A stretch of DNA of 64,000 bases from Tubiluchus corallicola (GCA_030141605.1 JAQGDQ010000572.1:74264-138263), one strand, 5' to 3'; positions 23,801-35,157 are shown, counted from the first letter of the stretch. Made by a program: numbers and translations. The notes: generated by a model from the sequence alone, not told the origin.

Positions 23801-26800
23801 ACAAGAACAAAAAGTGAACATAAAAATGTTAATTAGGCTGAAGAGAAGAACAAAAAGTGAACATAAAAATGTTAATTAGGCTGAAGAGGTGAACAAAAAG
23901 TGAACATAAAAATGTTAATTAGGCTGAAGACAAGAACAAAAAGTGAACATAAAAATGTTAATTAGGCTGAAGACAAGAACAAAAAGTGAACATAAAAATG
24001 TTAATTAGGCTGAAGAGGTGAACAAAAAGTGAACATAAAAATGTTAATTAGGCTGAAGAGCTGAACAAAAAGTGAACATCAAAATGTTAATTAGGCTGAA
24101 GACAAGAACAAAAAATGAACATAAAAATGTTAATTAGGCTGAAGACAAGAACAAAAAGTGAACATCAAAATGTTAATTAGGCTGAAGACAAGAACAAAAA
24201 ATGAACATAAAAATGTTAATTAGGCTGAAGAGGTGAACAAAACATAAACATGAACACAGAAAACCTATACCTGCTAACACACTGAAGCCACTGCAAGCAA
24301 GACAGGAAATCTTATTGAACAAGTTTCCTTACAAACTGGTATTAGATAAAGTAGTTCGGCGCACACTCTCTTGCTCATATGGTGTACAGCTCATAAAGTG
24401 GCCAGTTCATTTTGAAGTTTTGTAACGACATTGTATGTTTATTTTTAAGATACTAATTGTCGTTTACATTGAGAATTCTCTAAGTGCAGTTTAACATCTG
24501 TTAAATAAATAAAGAAATTTTTTAATGAAAATTTAATATATTCACAACTGTATTTAATGTAGTGTGAGAATTCCTCTTGTAAATTAATAGCATCACTTGT
24601 TTTACGTAATGCTTTTGGAATTGTACGTTCACAGCTCTGCTTTGTGAGTGTAAACTGTGCTGCCATCTACGTCGTTCGTTATTTTTACCAGTGGCTCCAT
24701 CTTTCTCGTTTAGCTCGGCGTTTTTCTCCGGTCAAATCGAACGACCAACGACAATGTTGAAAACTTGGATGCAAAATGTCGACATTGACGTCTGGTTGGC
24801 TGTCAACACGTCGAGCGCTTTCATCATCGACAAGGAAAAAAATGTACGCTATTTTCCACTTTTTTACCTAAATGTACGCTATTTTCCACTTTTTTACCTA
24901 AATGTACGGTATTTTCCACTTTTTTACCTAAATGTTCGGTATTTTCCACTTTTTTACCTAAATGTACAGTATTTTCCACTTTTTTACCTAAATATACGGT
25001 ATTTTCCACTTTTTTACCTAATTGTACGGTATTTTCCACGTTTTTACCTAAATGTACGGTATTTTCCACTTTTTTACCTAAATGTACGGTATTTTCCACT
25101 TTTTTACCTAAATGTATGCTATTTTCCACTTTTTTACCTAAATGTACGGTATTTTCCACTTTTTTACCTAAATGTTCGGTATTTTCCACTTTTTTACCTA
25201 AATGTACAGTATTTTCCACTTTTTTACCTAAATATACGGTATTTTCCACTTTTTTACCTAATTGTACGGTATTTTCCACTTTTTTACCTAAATGTACGGT
25301 ATTTTCCACTTTTTTACCTAAATGTACGGTATTTTCCACTTTTTTACCTAAATGTACAGTATTTTCCACTTTTTTACCTAAATGTACGGTATTTTCCACT
25401 TTTTTACCTAAATGTACAGTATTTTCCACTTTTTTACCTAAATGTACAGTATTTTCCACTTTTTTACCTAAATGTACGGTATTTTCCACTTTTTTACCTA
25501 AATGTACAGTATTTTCAACTTTTTTACCTAAATGTATGCTATTTTCCACTTTTTTACCTAAATATACGGTATTTTCCACTTTTTTACCTAAATGTTCGGT
25601 ATTTTCCACTTTTTTACCTAAATGTACAGTATTTTCCACTTTTTTACCTAAATGTACGGTATTTTCCACTTTTTTACCTAAATGTACAGTATTTTCCACT
25701 TTTTTACCTAAATGTATGCTATTTTCCACTTTTTTACCTAAATATACGGTATTTTCCACTTTTTTACCTAAATGTTCGGTATTTTCCACTTTTTTACCTA
25801 AATGTACGGTATTTTCCACTTTTTTACCTAAATGTTCGGTATTTTCCACTTTTTTACCTAAATGTACGGTATTTTCCACTTTTTTACCTAAATGTTCGGT
25901 ATTTTCCACTTTTTTACCTAAATGTACAGTATTTTCCACTTTTTTACCTAAATGTACGGTATTTTCCACTTTTTTACCTAAATGTACGGTATTTTCCACT
26001 TTTTTACCTAAATGTACGGTATTTTCCACTTTTTTACCTAAATGTACAGTATTTTCCACTTTTTTACCTAAATGTACGGTATTTCCACTTTTTACCTAAA
26101 TGTACGGTATTTTCCACTTTTTTACCTAAATGTATGGTATTTCCACTTTTTACCTAAATGTACGGTATTTTCCACTTTTTTACCTAAATGTACGGTATTT
26201 TCCACTTTTTTACCTAAATGTATGGTATTTTCCACTTTTTTACCTAAATGTACGGTATTTTCCACTTTTTTACCTAAATGTACGGTATTTTCCACTTTTT
26301 TACCTAAATGTATGGTATTTCCACTTTTTACCTAAATGTACGGTATTTTCCACTTTTTTACCTAAATGTACGGTATTTTCCACTTTTTTACCTAAATGTA
26401 CGGTATTTTCCACTTTTTTACCTAAATGTACGGTATTTTCCACTTTTTTACCTAAATGTACGGTATTTTCCACTTTTTTACCTAAATGTACGGTATTTCC
26501 ACTTTTTACCTAAATGTACGGTATTTTCCACTTTTTTACCTAACTGTTTTATAGGTTTAACATGTCAAATGTAGACCTGCATTAACTCAAATGTAGATTT
26601 AGGTAATTCAAATGTGTCTTGGTAACTCAAATGTAGATTTAGGTAATTCAAATATGTCTTGGTAACTCAAATGTAGATTTAGGTAATTCAAATGTGTCTT
26701 GGTAACTCAAATGTAGATTTAGGTAGTTCAAATGTGTTAACAATGGTTTTCAACAAATCTTAAGCGTTTTTGGTAAGTGAAATGTAGACACATGTCAAGT

Positions 26801-29800
26801 CTAATGTGACATTGGTATCTCAAATGTGGATAGGTGGTAAAGTTTAAGGATATTAAATTTAATCTTCTTTAATTTCAATTTAATAATTGCTCTTAAGTTA
26901 AAATAACAACGTTATAGGTCTACTAATGGCTCACTAATATTCTGTAAACTTTACATACCACTGGAACTGTTAGAGAAAACAATACATTCTTAAAATAAAC
27001 AATTTTTCTTGAGAGAAACTAATTCATTAATGCAGTGCTAATGCATTACTTAAAAAACTAATTAGTGATTCACTGTTCATTAGGAAGTGGGAACCGATTT
27101 ATTCTTTTCTGCCGACATTTTTTGTAAAACGTTGACAAATAAAATGTAGACTTCTATGTCTACATTTGACTTACCTAAGTCACATTTGAACTTTCCTGTG
27201 TCTACATTTGACGTGTAAAACCTATATAATATTTTGTTAAACCATTTACAGACTTGCAGTGCAGTTTACTTTCGACCTTCAAAAATCCAGAGTTTTCTTT
27301 TACTTTTTGAAGTATGAAACCTTGTAAATTAAACTTTAATTTATGACCAAACGGTTTTGTAATCGATAATCGTTATTTTAAGCATCATACATTTTGCACC
27401 TTGCATCAAACCATTCTGAATGACCAATTTATGTTCTTTTGCGTAGTACTTTAAAGGAAAACCGGATGATTGTGTAAACACGAGTTCAGAATAAGGAATG
27501 CTCTGAAATATTGAAAACTACAATAGCTCATTTTAAATCAAAGCTTAGGTTAAATGATAATTACCTCGGATAGTCATATTTCGTTAAACTTTTGAAGCTA
27601 CACGCCGCTCAGTGAATCTACTAAGATTGGCAGCGGCACCTTTTTGTCACATTCACGTGGTCGAGAAATAGAAGGCGGTACCGTGATAACCATGATACTG
27701 AACTGCAGTGTTAGTTTCATGATGTCATATCATGTAAAGCCCATTTTTCGTGACATCATGCGTTTAAACAGTACTGTAACACTTATGCAAATGTGCTTGA
27801 TGCGCAAGGGAAGACGCCTGCCATTGCACAAACTGTGGTTAGTTTCTGACGTAAGCAATAGCTGTGTTTGGTTGCCGTTAATTAACTTTCTAAGCTAATT
27901 CAAATATAAATTGTTAACAATTATTAACTTTTGTATGTGAGAAAATGTATATTTTAGACAGTAAATTAAAATGAGATTGATCCGGTTTTCCTTTAATGGG
28001 AAAAGTGTTTTTAGACAAATATGATATCTTTTCTCTTTCATGAAAGTTGTACAAAATCTCATTAACCTTTCTCTAAATTTTTGAGTTAACGTTTTTCGTT
28101 TACTTAACATTTCTCCCATTAAAAATGTAAAGTGGAGGAAATCAGTGGGGCGTGTTTAGCGATGTGGGATGAAAAATGCTACTACTTATGTTAAGGCTGA
28201 TGTTGCGTTTTTTGTTTTTTCTGTACTGATTCGCTAATCTGATTGCATTGCTTGCGCTAAACATGTACGAACAAATAATTACCAAATAAGGAGGACCCCA
28301 AAGAGTTTCAATTAATGTCATCATCAGTGAAAATCAGATTCTTGTTTTCATGTTCATGCCGCTAGTTCTTCGCTATCACATGCATTTCGCCATTTGCTAG
28401 TTAGACGGGCACTACTGCCTGCATTTTGGAAACGCGTTATACAAAAACAGGTGCTGTACCTGTCAGTAATAGATGTGTTAGTTTCTGATGAACTGCACAC
28501 GTTCGACAACTCATGCGCAATGTTTGAAATTTGAATTTTTGTCTTAAAACTTGTCTAGTTTTAGTACAACAAACTGAATATTTTACAGTAGTACTGTACT
28601 TCAATTTTGGCTTTCACAAACACGTGCAACCCACTTGTAAAATATTTTTGGTATTGAAAATTATGTTAGTTTGTGATGTCATGAAAATGGACTTGAAAAT
28701 GGGATAGTATGTAAAAAAAATCATGCTGTCTTCCTTTAATGGAAGTATCAATTATTTTTTCTTTGACTATTGGTGAAACATATAGGACTGATTTGTGTGT
28801 GTGTATGAAACTGTGAATATTAAAGTGCAATGAGTTCTATGCAAATTCTAGCTAACTTTCAAGTTTACACTTATTTGTAACATTTTCTTCATTAATACTG
28901 AAATGTAAAAATATCATTTCTTGTGCTCACAGCTATTTACTCTTGTTATCTCTTTTTCTGCAGGATGTTCTACTTGCTCTCCCGTTTGAGAAACTTTCCT
29001 GGGAATACGCAAAACCCTCCAAGGAGGGGGAGGGACATTTGCCGTGCCTCTTTCTGCAGTTTGCTCCCTGCGATAAAGACGGATCCTCGCAATCCTGTAC
29101 AAAACTTTTACAGGTGTTCTCTAAACAGGTATTTCATAACATTTCGTACAAAAATCTTCGTATATAAGGTACTTGGATATAAGGGACTTTTGGTGATAAG
29201 GGACGATATCTTCAGGTCCCGCGTAATAGAAACCCAGGTAAATTACCTCGCATATAAGGGCCTCATGATCAAATTTTACATCCGTAAAAGCCTATGGCAA
29301 GACCCCGTGCGGACCCGACTATCTTCCCGTGGATCTGGTAGTTCCAGGAACTTTCTGAAAACACACACTGTGCATGCGTGACGCATCTCAGCCAATCACA
29401 ACGTCCCGAATAAATTATGCGGCAGGCGGTGATTGGCCGATTCAACGGCGGATATAAGGGACGATTTTTTCCGGTCTGAAGGTGTCCCTTATATCCGAGG
29501 TTAACTGTAATAATTATTAGTATGCAAATGAACAAAACACATGGTTTGTTTGTAGGTAGCATCTAAGCGAATGTGTCTGTATTATCTTCAACTATAAATA
29601 ATGTTAATCTAATAAATAATATTGTTGATTCATACTTTCAACCGCCATTACGAACGCAGTACTTAAGCAAATTTTGTCGTGTAATACATGGTTAGAAAGC
29701 CCGGGAAATTCTCTACCTAACCCCATATAGTTTGCTCAAAAGTAACTTAAGGCTTAAAAAAATTACTCAAACCCTAGTTGTAAAATCGCCATATTCGGAC

Positions 29801-32800
29801 TAAATTTTCTTAAGTACTGCGTTCGTAATGGTGGTTGAAAGTACGAATGCATGTTTGTGGATTCCGGAGGAAGTATCGTTGCAAGTCCGAATATGGCGAT
29901 TTTACAACTAGGGTTTGAGTTATTTTTTAAACGTTAAGTTACCTATTAACAAACTATATACGGTTAGATAGAGAATTTCACGGGCTTTCTAACCGTGTAT
30001 TACACGACTAAATTCGCTTAAGTACTGCAAAGAAAATGGCTATTCCGGATTTTGTTGACTAATAAATAACAATTTTCAAGCTGTGTAAAATTTGGTTTTT
30101 TCAGCTTTGATTTTAATTATCTTTACTTTTGAACTGTATTCGATATGCGCAGTTGGTTTTCTTGATCAGAAATACCAAAAAAGTCAAGAAATGCAAAAAA
30201 ACTTTTTCGTTTTGTAAAGAAAAAAGGAGTGTGTTGTTTTGTTTGTTCGGACCACATTTGTCCGCACGATGATTGCTGCTTGGCTAGCGGTAATACGTGA
30301 CGGTTACAGTTATATGAGCTGTGCTGTATAAATAATTAAGCCTGTACTACTTAACACATGTGTGAAAGTCATGTTTGAAGTTGTAGATGACTCACTTTGT
30401 TATGATTGAGTTTAGGCACAGAAGTATGAACAAGAATAAAAAATCTATAATACATATTTGCACTGCACACAACAGAAAAGTGTTTATTAAAACTACAGAC
30501 ACATGAGTAGCATGACTGCTGCACTGAACACTGAGATTGAGAGTGAGAGTGCCCTGCACTGAACACTTGAGAGTTAGAGAGTGAGAGTGTCCTGCACTGA
30601 ACACTGAGAGTGAGAGTGTCCTGCACTGAACACTGAGATTGAGAGTGTCCTGCACTGAACACTGAGAGTTAGAGAGTGAGAGTGAGAGTGTCCTGCACTG
30701 AACACTGAGAGTGCGAGTGTCCTGCAGTGAACACTGAGAGTTAGAGAGTGAGAGTGTCCTGCACTGAACACTGAGAGTGAGAGTGTCTAGAAAGCAAAAC
30801 CAGTCAGTATATGTAGGTATAGGGGACCTATGCAGACTTGCACAGGCTTCACAACAACCATTACTTTAAAGTAGGGAGAGAACCAGTGAATATGCATTCA
30901 CTGGACCATACAATTATCCTGGTGGTAAGTCAGCTGGTAGAATGTAACAGGATTAGCCCATAGATGGCAGCACCTAATTATAATGTACAATTCCAACTTC
31001 CACAACATGTATATCATCATTGTCGCGTTATCTTAGGCCCCCATGATGGACGCAATGATCGAATCTTGCATTCTTCTGAAAACCGGCAGCATCCCGACCA
31101 CGCCCAGCACCTGCACATCCATCGTTTATCCTCGACTCAACGAGATGAGGGCAAAAATTGGGTCGGTGTCTAGAAGGGCGGATGTGATAGGTAAGTGTTT
31201 TTGCTCACATCTTTCTCCTAAGGCATCCAGTGTCAAATTTGTAGTAAAGAAACCACTTCCTTTGTATTCTAAAGCTATTTGCTTTAGTTCCTAAACACCG
31301 CACTACGATTATTGCACTTTTGACAAGAACTTACTGAACCTCAAAAGTGCCTGTCACGTGTTTTTAAACGACGATTATCGAATTGATATTAATCGAGAAA
31401 AATCGTATATCATCTCGAATCCACGTGGAAAAACCTAGCGTCATTATCATGTCAATACTAACTTAAAAATCATCATCGTATCTATACCAGGAAGAATCAC
31501 ACCAATGTGAGCTTTGTCTGGAATGCTCGTTTTCCTGGATGAACTTCGTATTGACTAACCGGCGAGTTCGGTCAAGTGAGCGACGTTTGGCACGAACAAC
31601 GTTGCTAAAGGAGAAAATAATTGCTAAATTCTCAAACAGACAGAAATTAATTACTCGGCAAAGTTCGCCTTTGATTTAACACATTATTTATCACTTGTGT
31701 CAACCGATTCACTAGAAAAATATATCGATTGTTGTGAGTTCGTTTGCGGAAGAATTCTAGTAATAATATAACAATAATAATAATTTTTATTTAAAGTCGG
31801 CTTTTGGGTCAACAATTAACATTAGCTCAAAGAGCTATTACCGCCGACTGTAAATAACAACCTACAACTACATAACAGAGACTATTATTACCCCACTTTT
31901 GCCCTAAATACCACGCGTCAGGCAGGGCAACAGCAGGTACAATTTTTAAAGTCTTTGGTATGACCCGGCCGCTGATTCGAACTCACGACCTCCCAGACGG
32001 AAAGCAGACGCATTACCACTAGACTAAACCGTCTGGTCTAAATATCACTAGTGTTACTGTCATGTACCGATGGGGAAAAATGTGTGGTCATGTGACCCAA
32101 TTTATACCGGTTAGCAATGCTAAGTTGTTGCATTAAACAAATGACAGTGACTCCTGGTCAATGTAGCAAAGAATATTCATACCTATAATTATAAGTAACT
32201 AATTTGCAAAGTAATAAACAACTTAGCACTGTGTTGTCTCACTAAGCTAATTGTTTGCTTTCATCAAGAGAACCCGCAGAGACTATACTTGCTCATTGGC
32301 TATTCTAGATATTTGTTTATTTTATACTTCCTGGTGCATACTGCTGATTTCTTTTGTAATCGTAAATATTTATTCATTTCCTAGTAAAAGTAAACACAAA
32401 TGTCATAGTTTTCTGGGTTTTTTTTACCGTAGAAGAAGAGACGGATGGTGCTGTGGCTTCCTCCTCTGGAAGTTCGTCAAGGCTGGCAGTTGCGATTCCA
32501 AATATGGTAACTCGCATGGAGAAGATGGTGTTGGCGACATTCAACCAAGACGGTTTGTATTTTATTTCAGCAAACAGTTGTGGTGATAGCATGAAATGTT
32601 GCACGAGTGCACAGAGAGAGAGGGAGAGAGAGAGAGAGAGAGAGAGACACGTGTGCATGTGTAGAAAAAAATTAATATTTAATATTAGTATGCAATAATG
32701 AACAACTGTTTGTTTAGTTACAAGATTTTGTTTTAATAACACCCCACAAGAAGTTATTGTCAAATGTGCAAGGGTTAATGTGGCCCAGTTAAAAAGCTAC

Positions 32801-33811
32801 TACGTAGTGCAGGGGTGTGCAAATTATCTGACTAGCCGGGCCACATTAAACTTTCCCACAATTCCTGCAGGCCACAGGCAGTTTGATCAAGGAGCCAAGT
32901 ACAGAAGGGCCTAATAACAATTTTTTTTGCATCCGACCTGCGTACATCATTACTAGTACACTACTACACTCAAGAAACTATTTTAGAAGTTATTAAAATT
33001 TATATTACAAACCATATATCTCTACTTTCGGGACAGATAGTGGTAATTTCATTACAATGCATATTAGTAATGTGTATCACAAAGTCTGTGTAGTACAGTG
33101 ACATTAATTTACAACCGTCTTGTAAGGGTTAATGGCATCCGATCTAGTAGAAAAAAACTACCCGCACTATCTTTGGGATCGTGGCACGGACTTCAGCTGG
33201 ATACACTCAATTAATCGCCTGGGCCGCACTTTCATTAGGTTGACAAATCTCTTTGCGGGCACAAATTCTCTCGGCGGGCCGCAATTTGCACACCTCTGAT
33301 GTAGTGAAAGGGTTAAATCTATTGCTGATAGCCACTAGTAGGGAGGCTGTTTATACTGTTTAAAGCTACATTTTTTTCATAAGTTTACAGCATTGCTAAG
33401 GTAGAATTATTTATAAATCCGTTTTCTATGTAATTTTTTTGTGTTTGACATTCAGCTGTAGTAGCAGCTTTTCAAACAGTGCCGAATGTTAACAGTGATT
33501 TTTAAATTCCAAATTGTAACCTGAATTTTAATTAATGTCAATATGGCAGTGAAATTTCACTAATTTACCTATGTTGGCATTTGCTAAAATCGTACCTTGG
33601 ACTTTTGCTGAAACCAGACGTCTTTTAATTATTTAAATGATCTTTTTTGTATTAAAAATATTTGTAATAATGTCTGCTTTATTAATGTCACCCATGGGCT
33701 ATTTTCAGCACTCTGGCTTGCCATAGATAAACGTAATAATCATTTGATTTGTATTATTTAGGTGAGATCTTACAAGACCAGTACAAAAAACAGGCATGGA
33801 GATTCAAATAA
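8108..33811 (+). CDS. FRMD8: FERM domain-containing protein 8 (iTAP), whole spliced model, ~503 aa
   Basis: join(8108-8228,11295-11405,17555-17722,18116-18217,19502-19560,21213-21379,22054-22218,24714-24843,28964-29128,31037-31190,32433-32552,33762-33811)=1512 nt. All introns GT-AG, phases consistent. Motifs FALWVVSPFLEIQLKPHH, DEPLLMFRRNAFFPK, RLLYEEARFNVVEGRYPC, MPYYGSAFFSG, KLLQVFSKQ match FRMD8 as recalled. First two exons less certain. Confidence 0.92.
9338..9845. repeat. 39/52-bp alternating minisatellite (~91-bp higher-order period)
   Basis: Core ATTAAAGTACATCAGTTAAG. Confidence 0.92.
10652..10992 (+). mobile_element. piggyBac-like MITE, right end truncated
   Basis: TTAA|CCCTTTCA left end; same family as 35158 and 55338. 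Confidence 0.75.
11295..11405 (+). CDS. FRMD8: FRMD8 coding exon 2 (putative, VTVVPSSGG...PPPPLYSGDHRNLLTK)
   Basis: cttacag acceptor, A|gtaagt donor, 111 nt, phase 1-1, GC-richer than flanks. Confidence 0.7.
11850..12215. repeat. 59-bp tandem repeat, ~6 copies
   Basis: TTTGGTTTCGGGATATTACCGAAAGGAAAATTTGCCAATAATTGCATTATCGGTTAAGT; related single copy near 11545-11600. Confidence 0.95.
12860..13196 (+). mobile_element. RTE-type LINE 3' remnant
   Basis: KEEPWTTKIRWISLMLRLPDGSPVKIALQHAIEAARK resembles the post-RT C-terminus of RTE ORFs; ends in (ATC)n. Confidence 0.65.
13184..14345 (-). mobile_element. RTE-type LINE 3' remnant with amplified 3' end
   Basis: Minus strand from 14243 reads MKRRRLRWMGHVVRLSDDSPLKSTFKEAVQKEKKPQGG; (GAT)n tail at ~13184-13195. 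Confidence 0.75.
13242..14063. repeat. 79-bp tandem repeat, ~10 copies, RTE-derived
   Basis: GCTCCCTGTCACCCGCAAC recurs every 79 bp (13242, 13321, 13400...). Confidence 0.95.
14370..14755. repeat. Degenerate ~105-bp tandem repeat
   Basis: CATTGTGTTGTAAATCAACTTATGCAGTA recurs 3-4 times. Confidence 0.8.
15000..15632 (+). mobile_element. TA-flanked MITE (Tc1/mariner-like), family A
   Basis: TIR TAGGTTTTACAYGTCAAATGTAGAC, TA both sides, subterminal CAAATGT repeats; 4 copies in the window. Confidence 0.88.
16209..16850 (-). mobile_element. Second, inverted copy of the 811-1468 element
   Basis: Shared blocks such as aaaatacgttttttggttagtgagtggcgcacc and taaggcgatttttct. Confidence 0.6.
17555..17722 (+). 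CDS. FRMD8: FRMD8 exon 3 (FERM F1 lobe)
   Basis: ttcttag / G|gtaagc; IEICIFLADRSGVEFTVEGG...LFALWVVSPFL. Confidence 0.95.
18116..18217 (+). CDS. FRMD8: FRMD8 exon 4
   Basis: ttttcag / G|gtaagt; EIQLKPHHIPFRIVQQWPELLLKYT. Confidence 0.95.
18794..19242 (+). mobile_element. Tigger/pogo-like MITE
   Basis: TA|CAGTGTTCCCTC...GAGGGAACACTG|TA. Confidence 0.88.
19502..19560 (+). CDS. FRMD8: FRMD8 exon 5
   Basis: tttgcag / GAG|gtatgc; DEPLLMFRRNAFFPKSREKE. Confidence 0.95.
19855..21180. repeat. 36-bp minisatellite, ~36 copies
   Basis: CATACACATTGATGTGCACATGTAGTGTTTCTAAGA; source of the spurious 12-aa-repeat ORFs; ends ~30 bp before the exon 6 acceptor. Confidence 0.97.
21213..21379 (+). CDS. FRMD8: FRMD8 exon 6 (F2 lobe)
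   Basis: tttacag / AG|gtacat; VSDDELIRLLYEEARFNVVEGRYPC. Confidence 0.95.
21642..21987 (+). mobile_element. Non-autonomous RTE-derived retroposon (5'UTR-like head + RTE-like tail)
   Basis: GC-rich ~345 bp ending GTCTTCCGAGACAGAAGGATGCC(AAC)n; inserted beside an (ATT)n run; second copy at 52497-52774. Confidence 0.7.
22054..22218 (+). CDS. FRMD8: FRMD8 exon 7
   Basis: tttttag / GG|gtgagt; DKVVLFLPEKY...YLELCWQMPYYG. Confidence 0.95.
22387..23292 (+). mobile_element. hAT-like MITE family E (right end lost; LINE-tail fragment inside at ~22690-22900)
   Basis: AGGGATGGGCGATTAATAGATTAATC end; homologous to 35966-36871. Confidence 0.6.
23310..24245. repeat. 43-bp minisatellite, ~21 copies
   Basis: AAAAATGTTAATTAGGCTGAAGAGGTGAACAAAAAGTGAACAT. 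Confidence 0.97.
24714..24843 (+). CDS. FRMD8: FRMD8 exon 8 (F3 lobe start)
   Basis: cgtttag / AAT|gtacgc; SAFFSGQIERP...VWLAVNTSSAFIIDKEKN; donor is the first unit of the 30-bp array. Confidence 0.9.
24841..26543. repeat. 30-bp minisatellite, ~57 copies, starting at the FRMD8 exon 8 donor
   Basis: AATGTACGGTATTTTCCACTTTTTTACCTA; 41 units in exact 30-bp register, then occasional 28-bp units. Confidence 0.98.
26552..27224 (+). mobile_element. Family A MITE
   Basis: Same TIRs and TA flanks; abuts the end of the 30-bp array. Confidence 0.88.
27455..27992 (+). mobile_element. Kolobok-like MITE
   Basis: TTAA|AGGAAAACCGGA...TCCGGTTTTCCT|TTAA. Confidence 0.8.
28358..28512 (+). repeat. Interspersed repeat core (also at 43194-43295 and 63838-63995)
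   Basis: Shared CTAGTTCTT.GCT.T.ACATG...GTGCTGTACCT blocks; boundaries unclear. Confidence 0.65.
28964..29128 (+). CDS. FRMD8: FRMD8 exon 9
   Basis: tctgcag / CAG|gtattt; DVLLALPFEKLSWEY...CLFLQF...KLLQVFSKQ. Confidence 0.95.
29133..29507 (-). mobile_element. Tigger/pogo-like MITE, partial
   Basis: GTCCCTTATATCCGAGGTTAACTG|TA end; homologous to 47794-48261. Confidence 0.75.
29628..30028. repeat. Interlocked inverted repeats (probable foldback element)
   Basis: 29628-29667 pairs with 29809-29848; 29656-29801 pairs with 29884-30028. Confidence 0.85.
30520..30787. repeat. ~29-43-bp variable minisatellite
   Basis: GTCCTGCACTGAACACTGAGAGT(GAGAGT)n. Confidence 0.9.
31037..31190 (+). CDS. FRMD8: FRMD8 exon 10
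   Basis: atcttag / G|gtaagt; APMMDAMIESCI. Confidence 0.92.
31761..32033 (-). mobile_element. tRNA-derived SINE
   Basis: Minus strand: A box TAGTCTAGTGG, B box GAGTTCGAATC, body GGTCATACCAAAGACTTTAAAAA, 3' stem-loop AGTCGGC...GCCGACT, AATAAA, (TTA)n tail. Confidence 0.8.
32433..32552 (+). CDS. FRMD8: FRMD8 exon 11
   Basis: accgtag acceptor followed by AAG AAG (NAGNAG alternatives) / G|gtttgt; MEKMVLATFNQDG resembles invertebrate FRMD8 C-terminal LATF motif. Confidence 0.8.
32810..33298 (+). mobile_element. hAT (Charlie-like) MITE
   Basis: CAGGGGTGTGCAAATT...AATTTGCACACCTCTG, 8-bp TSD A(C/T)GTAGTG. Confidence 0.88.
33762..33811 (+). CDS. FRMD8: FRMD8 terminal coding exon (GEILQDQYKKQAWRFK*)
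   Basis: tatttag acceptor, phase 1 consistent, TAA 33809-33811. Confidence 0.7.
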
Positions 33812-33987
33812 CAGCCTAGGAATCTTTTCCTTGCAGCAAGACACAAGTGCAATATTTCAACCTTGCCGGGTTGTTCCACAAAAAACTTAAAATCAGAGAG
33901 AATTTCAGTAACAACTTGGTCTTTGCATGTCACTCATTTTTCTCTGAAACCATTCCATATGCAGCAATATTTGTTCATATTCAAATA

Positions 33988-34427
33988 TAGGTTTTACACG
34001 TCAAATGTAGACACAGGAAAGTTTAAATGTGACTTAGGTAAGTCAAATGTAGATGCATTACTTTGAATAAATCGGTAATTAAGTTATTTGAGTGCAAATT
34101 AGAAAAAGATAAACCAAAGATAGTGCATCTATTAGTAGGCCTATAACGTTGTTATTTTACCTTAGGAGCAATTATTAATTTGAAATTAAAGAAGATTAAA
34201 TTTAACATCCTTAAACTTTACCACCTATCCACATTTGAGATACCAATGTCACATTTGACTTGACATGTGTCTACATTTGACTTACCAAAAAACGCTTAAG
34301 ATTTCTTGAAAACCATTGTTAACACATTTGAACTACCTAAGTCTACATTTGAGTTACCAAGACACATTTGAATTACCTAAATCTACATTTGACTTAATGT
34401 AGGTCTACATTTGACATGTAAAACCTA
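33988..34427 (-). mobile_element. Family A MITE, inverted, probably in FRMD8 3'UTR
   Basis: Same TIRs and TA flanks; starts ~175 bp after the FRMD8 stop. Confidence 0.88.
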
Positions 34428-35157
34428 TACATACAAAACTCATGCAAGCATCAAAGAGCAAAACTTGTCTCTAACATGTGAATAAAATGCTGAATATTTT
34501 TATAAGTTGTGCGTCGTATAAACTCTCCATACACTTACTGTCTCTGTGTTTTCCGTACTTTATAACAGTTAGTAAACTGTACCAGCGTCAGTTCGGTTAG
34601 ATGATATCTGTTATTTTAAATATTATTACATTTCTGTTACAAGTTGTTTTTTTCTATGAAAAGTAATTGAAAGTGTCTTCTTGACTCGTTTCTATATCTT
34701 ATATTATTGGAAAAAGAAATTTTTGTACATTTGTTGACGTTAGCCATTTTTACTTGTAAGTACGTTAGTTCAGAAATGTTAGCCATTTCTGTTGACAATT
34801 TAATTTGTATTTAACACATTTTTATAATGTATGAACAATTTTTGGATACTTTGTGTATATATGATTTTTACCATGTGCACAGAAATAAATAATATAAATT
34901 TATAATTATACGACTTCAGTGCATTTTTTTGTACTTTGAAATTGTATGTTTGTTTACATTTAGATTGTGAAACAGATTTACAAATATAGTATAATATAGT
35001 TTTCACTATAATATCAAACACCAGAAAATTAGTTAACATTACTTAGCAGGATGAGTTTGAACAGCAAAGACAGGCAATGAACACACATTATACTAATATA
35101 ATTAATAAAAGTTTTGGGTGTAGAATATTTTAAAACCTAATATGAACTCGTTCTTAG

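Noticed and set aside
24691-26574. 488-, 411- and 327-aa ORFs as standalone genes
   Set aside because: Translations of a stop-free 30-bp minisatellite in several frames; only 24714-24843 is a supported exon
31960-32033. tRNA gene
   Set aside because: A/B boxes present but no complete cloverleaf or terminator; continues into a SINE body and tail
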